DNA from: Anthoceros angustus
Lineage: Eukaryota; Plantae; Anthocerotophyta
Direction of reading: 5' to 3'
NCBI GenBank assembly: GCA_010909165.1
Contig: MU008170.1
Span: forward strand, 868,001 to 932,000
Length of the DNA: 64,000 nt
A model generated the notes under the pieces. That model saw only the letters and a list, made by a program, of their open reading frames with translations, had not been told where the DNA came from and searched no databases. This document shows, in pieces, positions 27,001 to 38,206 of the stretch. The translations under genes and the position numbers were made by a program. Every line of letters begins with the position of its first letter. Position 1 is the stretch's first letter.

Positions 27001-28739
27001 GAGTCCTCCCCCTTGGCCCACCGTAGGGCCTCCCACCGATTATCGCTCAAAATGGTATCTCTATGCGTAGTAATCTTCTTGACCACCACCCGGGGAAGGA
27101 GGGCGAGAGAAGGTGCTTTGGGGGCCAACGCCGACAACCTGAAGGACACTTGAAGGGGCCAGTGGTTAGAGAGATCGCACGACTTCTGCACACGGGGACG
27201 TGTGAGTTTGGAGCGGGCACATTCATTAACCCACAGATGATCGACAACCGACTTAGGGACCCCCAGTTTCGAATGAAACGTGGCCGGGTCCCCAAGGGGC
27301 CGTAAACCCGAGAGAGGGGTAGGCAGATGAAGTCCCCACTTGTCAATGTCATTACAAGGTGTGTTGAAGTCTCCCATAATGAGCGTTGGGCTATCAGTAA
27401 ATCTTCCCGAGAGTTCTCGAAGGCGGTGCTTGATCTTCTTCCGGGCAGCTATTCGAGCATCACGGTGTCGACGTTGCGGGACATAGAACAAACAAGCCAA
27501 GGAATGGATCCAATACGACCCCACTAGAGCAAACACGAATAGGGGCTAGGAATCCCAAGGGGCCACTCGAAATTGGACACTACCAAAGCAAGGCCACGTG
27601 CACCGAGAGAGGATTGTCGGCGCTAGAGATCGTCTCAAACCCGAGAGAGGGGTAGGCAGATGAAGTCCCCACTTGTCAATGTCATTACAAGGTGTGTTGA
27701 AGTCTCCCATAATGAGCGTTGGGCTATCAGTAAATCTTCCCGAGAGTTCTCGAAGGCGGTGCTTGATCTTCTTCCGGGCAGCTATTCGAGCATCACGGTG
27801 TCGACGTTGCGGGACATAGACAGAACCGACAAGCCAAGGAATGGATCCAATACGACCCCACTGACTAGAGCAAACACCGAATAGGGGCTAGGAATCCCAA
27901 GGGGGGCCACTCGAAATTCGCGGGACACTACCAAAGCAAGGCCACGTGCACCGACGAGAGAGGGATTGTCAGCGCTAGAGATCGTCTCAAACCCCGGGAA
28001 CGCAAGAGGCCAGTGGCCATTTGCTACTCGGGTTTTTTGCAAAGCCAAGATACCCCAGGAGCTAGTGGCCATTTGGCTCATGAGTTCACTGCGCTTGTGA
28101 CGAACTCCGTTTATGTTCCAAGAGGCAAATCGGAGACTCGGGGAAGGGGCCAAAGCAGAAGGGTCCTTTCGTAGTCGGAGTGCATAGGGAACATGAGGTT
28201 TAACCCGAAAGGGGCGCGACCTAGGATCCAGCTTCATCCACCGGCAGAGGGCCCCAATCCCGGTGGAAATCCTAAGGAAAATGTCAAACCTCGTCCTACA
28301 CTCCTCCCCTGTCTTGGTCTCCGAAACCCGATCCCAATTCACAATGTTTTGCATGACCCAGATTGGTAGAATGGCAGCCAGTAGGGCGCCGAAAGCAGAC
28401 GCTGAGTAGCCCCCCGCGCCCCAAATGCACACCCTAGAGTAATACTTAGGAAAACGGGGGCAAATGAGCGCAGGAGTAGAAGGCGCCATGGCGTGGGGGT
28501 CTTGAATACAAAGGTCGCAAAGGGTCCCAAAGTCGAGGTTGCGGCTAGCTCGACACGTGAAAAGGGTCGATGTTGCTTCCCCAGCTCCAGAGGAGTTGAG
28601 GACCGCGGGGCAACACCGCCTACCCTTAAGCTACTAGTAAGAGACTTGGCTTCGAGAGCTTTGCAACTCTCGAATTACCGGGAGCGCCACGGGGAGGCGT
28701 CTCTCAACAAGGCACGTAGCATATGTCTTGTTTTTTGGT
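24066..28739 (-). mobile_element. LINE non-LTR retrotransposon (APE endonuclease + RT + C-terminal Cys/His finger), frameshifted, with poly(A) tail and TSD
   Basis: APE: FASWNINGV, ILALQKT, IMGDFN, VDHLWV, SNHWPL. RT: NYRGIALIS, QAGFR, IDFRKAYDTV, LRQGCPASP, LLYADDL, YTYLGI. CPLC finger near 24790. T-run at 24065-24074. Flanking direct repeat CCCTTCGGCTAT(T/C)GAT at 24050-24065 and 28740-28755. Confidence 0.92.
27305..27995. repeat. Roughly 333-bp tandem duplication inside the LINE endonuclease
   Basis: AAACCCGAGAGAGGGGTAGGCAGATGAAGTCCCC... at about 27305 and 27638. The copies differ by small indels. Confidence 0.9.
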
Positions 28740-28991
28740 CCCTTCGGCTATCGATGTGCAGCATCCCAAACGGCGTTTGAACTTTTTAGAATGGATGAAG
28801 AAGAAGAAGAATTTTATTTAAGTCCACTAAGAACGGATTTCCGTCATGGACTTGGTACTTAACAACTTGTACCATAGTGTGCCTGCTACTTGCACTACTA
28901 CTTAATCACGGCGTTCTTATAAATGTGTGTCCATTTGGCCTAGGCCATTTGGACACACATTAAGATGAGGTACAGTAAGATGAAATTACTT

Positions 28992-31538
28992 TCACTTTTT
29001 CAAGCTCTCGTCCTTCAATTCTTCATGTAGGTCACGCAGCTTGGAATAGACGTCTGCGCTCGCACCGTGGCTCTGATCTCCGACCATGAAGACGTGCATT
29101 GTCTCGCCGTGCTCGATCCAGCTCCGACCAGGTTTCTTCCAGGCACCTGCGCTCGCTCGCATCTCCTTGATCTTGAGCGCGTCTCCCCACATCTCGGCCT
29201 CGGCGTAGATGTTGGACATGAGGACGTACGGGGAGCCGTGTTTAGGTTGCAGGGCAACGGCACGATCGAAAGCCCAGCGTCCGAGCGCCACCTTGTTGTG
29301 CTTGCGGCAGGCAGCCAGCACGCAGAGCCACATGGAGAGGTTAGGGTGCACAGGCATTTTGGAGAGCAGATCCTGCACTTGGTCAAGGAGTCCTGCGCGG
29401 CCGAGGAGGTCGATTAGGGTGACGTAGTGGTCAGCTGTGGGAGTGATGTTGGGGTCCCGGGACATGAGGTCGAAGTACTTGAGCCCTTCCTCCACCATTC
29501 CTGCATGGCTGCAGGCGTTCAGGACAGACAGAAATGCAAACCCGTTGGCCTTGATGCCGGCCTGTTGCATTTCTTGGAAGCATTGTAAGCATGTGTTCCA
29601 CTCTCCTTGTCTGGCGTAACCGGCCATGACAGCACTCCAGGCCACCGCATCCTGGTGAGGCAGGTTGTTGAAGACTGTTCTGGCTTCCACCATTGCTCCA
29701 CATGTGGCATATGCGTCGATCAGTGTGGTGGCCAGGACAGGGGTCACCTCGATTCCAGCTGCGGTTATGTCCTGGTGGATTTTGGCACACATTCTTATGG
29801 CACCGATGGTTCTGCAAGCCTTGAGGACGCAGACGTAAGTGCCTTCGTTCGGCCTCAGGCTGCCCATTTGCATCTCGGCATAGAGTTGCATGGCGTGTAC
29901 ACCCTCCTCTTGCATCACGTATCCTGCGATCATTGCATTCCATGAGATCACATTACGGTCTGGTAGCGTGTCAAATACCTGCCGAGCGTCCACCATGCTC
30001 CCACATGTTGCGTACATGTGGATAAGAGTGTTGACCACAAACAGATCAGCCTCGTAGCCCTCCTTGATAGCTCTAACATGGATCCCCCTTCCTTGTTTCA
30101 AAGACTCAAGCTTGACAGACTGTCCGTTAACCACTGTATCCCCCTCTGAAATTGCAGAGCTGCTACAAGCCTTGAGCATGCTCACAAAAGTCCGCTGGTT
30201 CGGTTTCACATCTTCCTCCTGCATTCTGGCAAACAGTTCAAAAGCCTTGTCTCCCTGGCTCTGTTCAGCATAGCCCTCCAGCAGTGCGTTCCAGGATACC
30301 ACATCTCGCCGAGGCAGAGCTTCGAAGACCTGCCTTGCAGTCACCATGTCACCACAGTTGGCATACATGTCAACCAGGGTGTTGCCCACAAAGATGTCTG
30401 CTATAGCTCCCATTTCCACAGCTTCACCATGAATGATCCTACCTTCTTGCAGGGCGTGTGCTTTAACAGCCTGTCCATCCACGACGACGGCATCCTCCTC
30501 CGAGACTGCGCGGCCAGCACATGCCTTGAGCACACTGACAAAAGTTCGACAGCTGGGCTTCATGCCCTCCTGCTGCATACGGGCATAAACCTGCAAGGCC
30601 TTCTTATGTTCTTGTTGCTGGACATATCCTGCTATCAAGGCATTCCAGGAGACTACATCACGCCGAGACAAAGCCTCGAAAACGGTCCTGGCAGCCACCA
30701 TGTTCCCACATTTGGCATACATGTCAATGAGAGCAGAAGCAACAAACGGGTCTGACTCAAATCCCGCCTTCACAATCTGGCCGTGGATCACCTCACCCCT
30801 CTGCATGGCATTCACCTTGACAGCCTGTCCGTGCACAAATGTGGCTTCCTCCACAGCTGCCAACCTGCTGCATGCCTTGAGCAAGCCGAGAAAGGTCCTG
30901 GTATTGGGTCTCACCTCCATCATCCTCATTCTAGCATACAGTTGCAAAGCCTGCTCACCCTGTCCTTGCTGAGCATAGCCTGAGATGATGGCATTCCAAG
31001 CAGCCACATCCCTGTTTCCCAACGAATCGAATACACGCTTCGCATCCTCCATGCTCCCACATTTGGCAAACATGTCTATCAAGGTTGTTGCCACCCGCAC
31101 ATCCGAGTCGAAACGCATGGCTACAACTTGAGCATGCAGCAGCTTTCCCTGCTCCAGATCTCGTAGTGAGCCGCAAGCTTTCATTAAGCTGATCATGATG
31201 TGCTTGTCTGGCTGCACACCATCGTGCTGCATCTGTCGGTACCTGTCGAGGGCCACTACATGCCGTCCAGACTTGACGTGCCCTAGAATGACTGCCGTCC
31301 ATGACACGGGAGTGCGTTGGGAAAGCAGCTCGGGTGGCACCAGGCGCTTCTGGTGTGACCCTCTACCAATCACATCCTGGTGAGCAGCAGAATTCCCATT
31401 GGGTGGCATCATGCTTGAGGAGCTCGGAGCCTGGGACCAGTGCATTCCTGTTGGTTCCAGCCCAAGAGAAGCAAGCAGGGACGACTTTGCAGGAGAAAGC
31501 ATCCATGGAGCCTGGCAGCTCCATGTGGTCCAGACCAT
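28992..31538 (-). CDS. PLS-class pentatricopeptide repeat protein with E/E+ extension and no complete DYW domain; candidate organellar RNA-editing factor
   Basis: Intronless ORF with P-L-S triplets (DVVSWNALI, TFVSVLKAC, LIDMYAKCG), HYVTLIDLLGRAG, YVLMSNIYA and PG-box PGRSWIE...FMVGD.SH. It stops before the HxE/CxxC deaminase motifs. Exact start codon uncertain. Confidence 0.95.
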   Translation of the reverse strand: MVWTTWSCQAPWMLSPAKSSLLASLGLEPTGMHWSQAPSSSSMMPPNGNSAAHQDVIGRGSHQKRLVPPELLSQRTPVSWTAVILGHVKSGRHVVALDRYRQMQHDGVQPDKHIMISLMKACGSLRDLEQGKLLHAQVVAMRFDSDVRVATTLIDMFAKCGSMEDAKRVFDSLGNRDVAAWNAIISGYAQQGQGEQALQLYARMRMMEVRPNTRTFLGLLKACSRLAAVEEATFVHGQAVKVNAMQRGEVIHGQIVKAGFESDPFVASALIDMYAKCGNMVAARTVFEALSRRDVVSWNALIAGYVQQQEHKKALQVYARMQQEGMKPSCRTFVSVLKACAGRAVSEEDAVVVDGQAVKAHALQEGRIIHGEAVEMGAIADIFVGNTLVDMYANCGDMVTARQVFEALPRRDVVSWNALLEGYAEQSQGDKAFELFARMQEEDVKPNQRTFVSMLKACSSSAISEGDTVVNGQSVKLESLKQGRGIHVRAIKEGYEADLFVVNTLIHMYATCGSMVDARQVFDTLPDRNVISWNAMIAGYVMQEEGVHAMQLYAEMQMGSLRPNEGTYVCVLKACRTIGAIRMCAKIHQDITAAGIEVTPVLATTLIDAYATCGAMVEARTVFNNLPHQDAVAWSAVMAGYARQGEWNTCLQCFQEMQQAGIKANGFAFLSVLNACSHAGMVEEGLKYFDLMSRDPNITPTADHYVTLIDLLGRAGLLDQVQDLLSKMPVHPNLSMWLCVLAACRKHNKVALGRWAFDRAVALQPKHGSPYVLMSNIYAEAEMWGDALKIKEMRASAGAWKKPGRSWIEHGETMHVFMVGDQSHGASADVYSKLRDLHEELKDESLKK

Positions 31539-31571
31539 CCCGTCTTCGTCCAGGAGGGATTCAGAGACCCA

Positions 31572-32195
31572 TCAGAGCTCCTCCAGCCATCGGAGCACCA
31601 AATCCTCTGCTTCAGCCGGCGTTAAGGCCGTGGTGTCCACCACAAGCTTGCTGGTGCCGCCGGTATCGTAGTCCCAGCAGCCAGCGTAGGCTCGGATTAT
31701 GGTCTGCAGGTCCTCCCACTTGGCGGGCTTGTGCCACAGCTGCGGCTGGAGAGCAGCCTGCGCCCGGCTCTCCAACCGCCTTCTCCACTGCTCCGCATCG
31801 CTGGGGCGGCACTCTACCAGCACAAGCTGAGCTCCGTGGCGGGCGGCTGTCTCCTGCGCGTCGCGGAAGAGCTCAGGGCGAGCGAGAGGGCAATCCACCA
31901 CGACCGTCAAGCCCGTCGCAAGCTGGGTGCTGGCCACCCGCCACATGACCTGATAGGAAAGCGAATTGAGCTGCCATGGCTGGAGCTTGGGGCCCGGCTC
32001 GCTGCTGCTTCCTGCTCCTAACGAGGAATCCAGTGACACTGTGCAGTCCCGGACATCATCCTTGTCCACGAGAGGGCAATGCAGCCTACGAGCAAGAGCT
32101 CTGGCCAGAGTGGATTTGCCACTGCCCGGGTGCCCTTTCATGGCTATCAGCCGGTGGTTCTGCTTCTCACAGTTGTGCACCAGCATTGCCTCCAT
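31572..32195 (-). CDS. AAA_33-type P-loop kinase-like protein
   Basis: Walker A GHPGSGKST, DKDD, VVVDCPL, WRRRLESR, HKPAKWEDL. Intronless, 207 aa. Confidence 0.88.
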   Translation of the reverse strand: MEAMLVHNCEKQNHRLIAMKGHPGSGKSTLARALARRLHCPLVDKDDVRDCTVSLDSSLGAGSSSEPGPKLQPWQLNSLSYQVMWRVASTQLATGLTVVVDCPLARPELFRDAQETAARHGAQLVLVECRPSDAEQWRRRLESRAQAALQPQLWHKPAKWEDLQTIIRAYAGCWDYDTGGTSKLVVDTTALTPAEAEDLVLRWLEEL

Positions 32196-32948
32196 CCCTG
32201 GGCTCTTGTATCACCACTGCCACATGCTCCTGATCATCAGGAGGTGGGGGAACCTCCCTTGAGATGGGCTGGGGTTTTTCTCTCACATGGACAATGGTTT
32301 GTTGGAGTCACGGCTAACAGCCGGCAGGTAGCAAATCAGACAGGGACTGCCAGGTGCTTCCTCGAAAAAAGGAAAGTGGGAGGAGGTTATCAACACAAAG
32401 TGCAGTGGTCAGGCAGCTACTGGCAGGAGCAGACACATATAAGCATGCAAATAGGCTCCCTGATCTCGGAACAACAAGACGGACAGCAGCTGCTTCTGCT
32501 GTTAAGAAGACAGCTTGTTGTTACAAGGCATGCTAAGCAGGCTCCCAGAGCTCTTTACAACACGATGGGCAGCAGATGGGCAGCAGCAGCTGCTGCCCAT
32601 CGTGAGGACAGCATGAGAACCATTCATTCTTTTCCAGTCCAGTCCAGTCCATTCCATTCCATTCCATTGCCAAGCAAAATCGCTGGCTTGTGTCCTCGCA
32701 TGTGAAAGCAGAGGAGACAACCTCAATCTCAAATATCAATGCGGGAAAAATGAGTGGGGACAAAATCAAGGCATAGGTGAGATCAAAACCTACAGCCTAC
32801 CTACCTCCCTACCTACCTACAACCTTCTTTTTTCTTCCTAACCTGGTGGTGCTGTGGTAAGAGTTCGTTGTCGCTGGGTGGTGGGTCAGCAACAAGAAAC
32901 ACAGAATACAAGAGAGAGGGATGGTGGGTTACGGAAGAATCATCCGAA

Positions 32949-34310
32949 TCAGAATCCAGGCATGAGCTTCCTGACGGCACCGATGACCTTGGACTCTTCT
33001 GGCGCGTCCTGATCAAAGGGGACGTAGTTGCGATCCTGGTCGTAGAGGTGGCACTGGGTGAAGATGACCTTCATGAGCTTCCAATTCCACTTAGCCTCGT
33101 TGAGGTAAGGCCCCCAGTGCTCTCGCAGGGCGGCGTGGGCCTTGCGGAGGTTGTAGCTGGGGATTTTCTGGGTGATGTGGTGGGGGATATGGACGCTGAT
33201 ATCGTGGCAGAGCACCTCGACCCAGGACGGGTAGTCACAGTGCACGGTGCCGCCGAGCTGGGCCTCGGCCGCGTTCCACGACTTGGCGTCCTTGAATGGG
33301 ATGTGTGGGGCGGTGTGGTGCACCATAGTGAAGGTGCTCATCCAGAAGTGGTACCCCAGCCAGGGCATGAGCCAGAACTTGAACCACCCGGTAATCCCCG
33401 AGGCGTACACAATCGCCGGCCACCCCACGGCCATAAAGGCAAACACGGCAGCCAGGGACACCTTCACCCTCGGCACCTCACTCGCCCGGTACTTGGACAG
33501 GTCGAAGTGCCAGAGCAACCAGTGCCCGATAGACGCCCACGCCCGCAGAGGCCCCATTCCCAGCTCCAGCCCGGTCCGCAGCGCCGGGGACGCCTTCTCC
33601 CAATCCTCCCGCACCACGGGGTGCCACGCCGTATCCTCGTCCAGCATATTGGTCTTGGCGTGGTGCCTGTCGTGCTTGAACCGCCATGGCTCGTACGGGT
33701 AGATGAGCGGGAGGAAGGCCAGAGTTCCCACCACGTCCTCCAGGAACTTGTTCTTGGAGAAGCTCTTGTGCGCGCAGTCGTGCCCGACGACGAAGAAGCC
33801 GGTGATAGCCGTCCCCGTCCACGCCCACGCCAGGGGAAGCAGGTACCAGGGCGCCTTGGAGATCATAAACAGCCCCAGGCTGTAGGACGCCACAGAGATG
33901 GCAACATTCCTCCACGCCTTGAAGTCATCGATCTCGAACACCTCTGGAGGCAGAGTGTCGATCACATTCTTGAGCGTGGTGCCCGTGGGAACCGGCTCCC
34001 CGACCTTGACGAAACCGTACTCCTCCGCCAGCCGCTTCCGCTCCTCGGGGTCGCTGAGAGCCGGCGACGCCAACGGCGCAGCTATGGCCCTCACACCTCC
34101 TCCTCCTCCGACCACCTTCCTCCTCCTCTCCACCTTCAGGCTCAGGCCAAGGCCAAGCCCGCCATCTCCGCCCCAGCCGCCATGGCGGCTTCCTCGTCCC
34201 CTCACCGAAACCCTAACAAATGAGCTCGCAGCTTGGTGCTGCCGGAGCTCCAGGCGATGCTGTTGCAGCAGCTGGATTCCATGCTTCTGGCACAAGGCGG
34301 CCGCTGCCAT
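32949..34310 (-). CDS. FAD6: Plastid omega-6 fatty acid desaturase, intronless
   Basis: Transit-peptide-like N-terminus. His boxes GHDCAH, KHDRHH and HIPHH. FAD6-type segments LAEEYGF, AKTNMLDEDTAW and HHTAPHIPFK. Confidence 0.95.
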   Translation of the reverse strand: MAAAALCQKHGIQLLQQHRLELRQHQAASSFVRVSVRGRGSRHGGWGGDGGLGLGLSLKVERRRKVVGGGGGVRAIAAPLASPALSDPEERKRLAEEYGFVKVGEPVPTGTTLKNVIDTLPPEVFEIDDFKAWRNVAISVASYSLGLFMISKAPWYLLPLAWAWTGTAITGFFVVGHDCAHKSFSKNKFLEDVVGTLAFLPLIYPYEPWRFKHDRHHAKTNMLDEDTAWHPVVREDWEKASPALRTGLELGMGPLRAWASIGHWLLWHFDLSKYRASEVPRVKVSLAAVFAFMAVGWPAIVYASGITGWFKFWLMPWLGYHFWMSTFTMVHHTAPHIPFKDAKSWNAAEAQLGGTVHCDYPSWVEVLCHDISVHIPHHITQKIPSYNLRKAHAALREHWGPYLNEAKWNWKLMKVIFTQCHLYDQDRNYVPFDQDAPEESKVIGAVRKLMPGF

Positions 34311-35137
34311 CCGGCCTGAGCCCGAAATCCTTGCCTTGCCCTGAATTCCTCGCCTTCGTCTTCACCTTCGCGTTGCAGAACCGGCGAGGGAGGAAGAGGA
34401 AGACGAGGATAGCGGCCGGCGTGAAGCTCCCTGGAGCTTTCCACCACTAGCTGACCCAGTGTAGTGGCTAGCGGCTCTCAGGAGCTGGCCAGACGCAAGG
34501 AGGAATGTAGTCCACTTCTATATGTACGGTAATGGTGTAGGCGCTACGACGGGAAGTAGCCATTGGACGCTCATAAATCGATAGATAGGCAAGCTTTGTC
34601 ACACACGTCCAATCCGGGGGCTTGGATTTGGGAGGGACGCAAGCAAACACGCACACACACGGACCCACGCGAAGGGAAAGAAATGGGAAGGAAAGGGTAG
34701 TTTTCAGATTGAATTATGGCCCAACCAAGGCACATGGCACATACTGGTGGTAGCCACAGCCAAGCCAGTTGAGTTCTGCTTTCTCCACAGACAACGCAGA
34801 CCTTATTTAAATAATACCAGGGGCTGCTTCTAATCTACTGTTGCCGGTCCCCGGTGACCAAGAACAAGCCTGCACAGACACTTCTTTTGCTGTTATGCAA
34901 GTCTTTTGCACAACGGCTTTTCTTTCTTCTACTAGTCCTGACCACGCTTTGCCTTTTCGTTGCCCTTGACAATCCTGCGCATCCAACTTCAAATACCACA
35001 ACTACAAATTTCTAGCTAATCACAACTGCTGTAAGTTATCACTACACGCCCGGCTGGTCCAGATCATCTGGAGCTGCCGGCTCACACTCCACACCCGTAT
35101 CGCACCTTGCGTGTGCGTGGTTCTCGTAGGCAGACAT

Positions 35138-36716
35138 TTAATGGGTGTCGCCGCTGGGTGCAGCTGGAGGACTGCTGGTACTGTCTGGTGAGTTATCTCC
35201 AGGGGTGGAGACCTCTGCACTGCAGATTGGGCAAACCTGCAAATGAGACAGGAACCGAATCATATCAGTGATTGAAGCGAGAAACCCAAGGCTGGTCTGG
35301 TCTGCATGATTGGTCTGCTCAAGTAGTACAATCGAGCAAGCTTCCGACCTTGTTGATGCGGAGCCACTGCTGGATGCACTCTGAATGATATCGATGCTTG
35401 CAAGGCAGTTCCAACATGGCATCTCCAGCTTCATATTCAAGGCGACAGATCACACACCTGCAGTAAACAGTCCAGCACCATTACCCACTCTGCACCACCT
35501 TAACACACTTGAATCAAAACTTACAAATGCAGAACCTCAGATAGAGAAAACTCACTGTTCATCAGAACTGGAAGTTGCATCCTGATTAGCAACATAGCTT
35601 GAACTTGGCAACGAGGCAATCACGTCCGAGGCAAGCCCTCTGTTATGAACTCCCACAGCCTCTCCCAATGCCACCAATTCCTGCGGGTTCACATTCACGT
35701 CAAACCTCTACTTCCACCCTTCCACTTGTGACTTTGTATAATCTAATGTTGCTTACTTCATATGACATGTTGTCAGGATCCACATCTTCCCAATCCTCCT
35801 ACAGTCACATGTCCAGACCACATGTGAGTCTCACTTTACTCTCACTTGCTGGCCAAGCCCAGGAAAATACCAAGACAGTTCAGGGACAGTCACCTGCGAG
35901 CCATCACTTTCCGAATACTCATCCACTGCACAAGCAAATAACAGACGACAAGGTTCAGATTCACAAGGACCTATAGCAACACACAACACGACCCACCCAC
36001 CCACAAGAAAAAGGTACACTTGCCATCATGGATGCCAGCCATGGCCATCATTGCAGTGGTTTCCCGATCCTCCTGATCCTGGAGAGCCCTTGCGTATGCC
36101 TCATCATCAGCAAACTGAGATCCATCAAGTTCCTGTCTTCTCTGCACCACCCGAACCGGGTTATCTCCTTCTCCCTGTGCCTCCTCATTTCCCTGTGCCT
36201 CCCCTTCAACGTCTTCATCCTCATCATCTTCATATTGCTCATCCCCACTCCCGTCGACTCCATCATCCTCCTCATCTTCGTAGTAGTCATCATAGTCATA
36301 AGTCCCGCTGCCAGAACTGTCAAACCCACTGCTATCTTCACCCCCCAAACGAAGCAAATGATATGCCCTCTCCTGCAACAAGAACATAACATCCACCCAA
36401 ACATCAGCACCATCACATCCCAGATGCCCTTCACTCATACCCGCTCCGCCTTTCACACCTGTTCCTGAAGAGCTCGTGCCAAAGCCATATCTTGATCCAC
36501 TTGACTCAGAGTCGTAAAAGGCTGCCGCGTGCTACTAGCCACCTTCTCCTCTTCCTGTACTGCCCCATTCTGCTCCGCAACACCACCTGATTCTGGACTC
36601 TCTTCCTCCCTCTTGTCCGCAAGGTTAGGAGCCTTATTCTCCTCCGACTCCATACTCTCCACCTGCTTCGAAGCCCTGTTGTCCTCTGCCTCCCCCTTCA
36701 CCGCCTTCCTGTCCAT
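35138..36716 (-). CDS. BBR: E3 ubiquitin ligase BIG BROTHER-related (RING-H2)
   Basis: RQPFTTLSQVDQDMALARALQEQ|ERAY, acidic tract, DDEAYARALQD, DVDPDNMSYE, ALGEAVG. RING CVICRLEY...LPCKHRYHSECIQQWL...VCPICSAEV across spliced exons. Confidence 0.92.
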
Positions 36717-38206
36717 CTTACCCGCTCACAATTCACTGCACTGACCTGCACAGTTTAGTGGCACCACTCATTCCGGCAACTTTTTTTCCCTTCTTCACCT
36801 CCAACAAACTAACACCAATCTTCACCTCCAGAAACTGCAAGAACCCACCGGCACGCAACCTTGCTCAGCAGGAAGCAGGGAACCCGACACCAACCTCACA
36901 ACCAACCCTGGCGTGGACGCACCGCAACCTCAATTGCCTTGGGATTCCAGACACTGTCCTCGAACTCCGGCCTGAATTACCACCACGCCAGCTCACTGCC
37001 AGGCACACAATCCGTCAAGACCCAAATCCGCGGCAGCTAGCCCCGCTCAATGCCACCTACCCCACACATCCAATTGCAGCAAAGCAGGGCGGGCGCAGCA
37101 AGCCCGAATGACTTTGCCACAGATCACATCCAGGAGCACTGGGCCACCAGATCCCGACTTCCGCAGAGCACAAGACGGGGCTGATCAATTCCAGAAAGCC
37201 GTGCCAGCTACCTCGGCATCCTGAGGAGAGTTCCCGCAGCAATCCAGAAGCTCCGAAGCGCCTAGCCGTGATGTGCAACCCCAGCGGGATTGCAATTCTT
37301 CTGCAAATCCCAGTCGAGGGGGACGAGGCGTAGCGAATTCCAGGTGGATTCGGATCCTTGCTGCCTGTTGCGTAGCTATATAGTGGCGAGCAGAACCTAG
37401 ACACTGCGGTGCCTAACCTAGACTTGGCCCAGGAAGGCACTCGCCTGTCCAACGCCCAACCCAGATGTGGTTGGTATTCAAAAATTTTCGCACATTCGGA
37501 GCCGTTTTTGCGCCCTGCTCCTATGTAAGGCACACCGCACTTGCTGTGTTACCCTACCTATATCCTCCTCCATATATAACTTCCATATATATCGACCTAT
37601 ACACAAATTGTCCGAGACCTACCTGTTCTTAACGATCTCGATTATGATAATAATACCCAATATAACTACTAACACAAAATAATATAATTTATATTTTAAA
37701 ATTAAATTAAATTTATTCTACCATTTAATAAGTGGTCTAAATAACCTAAAGAGAAACTAAGCACTCTTTCATAAGAACTAAGCACCCCTTCCATGGAGCA
37801 AGTATGTACTAGTATCACCGATGGGAAACGACCAGAGAGGGTTGAACTTGCTTTTGAAAATCTTGATATCTGATCCCCAGTTTGCGGCGATGGTTTCGCC
37901 AATGCCAAGGCAAACCATCGGTTCCATATGAGCCTGCCAATTTTGATCTCCACAACCAGCCCTAGCACATTCTTATGTTTAATCTGGCAGAGGAAGGCAA
38001 CGAAAAGACAATAATTCCTCGTGGGAACATTCCTAGTGGGAAATTGTAGATATGACTGATCTCGTCAAATGCGGCTGTCCAACGGCTTTGTAACTCAGTG
38101 TTAACCAAACAAGGAAAGTGGCACAAAGTACAAGAGTAGAGCAAGAATGAAGCTTGCAATGTAGTAAATACCTTAGCGGCCATAAGTCCTCTTCATACCG
38201 GGATAG

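Noticed and set aside
32868-34223. 451-aa plus-strand ORF antisense to FAD6
   Set aside because: Shadow ORF expected from high GC3 codon bias; no recognisable motifs.
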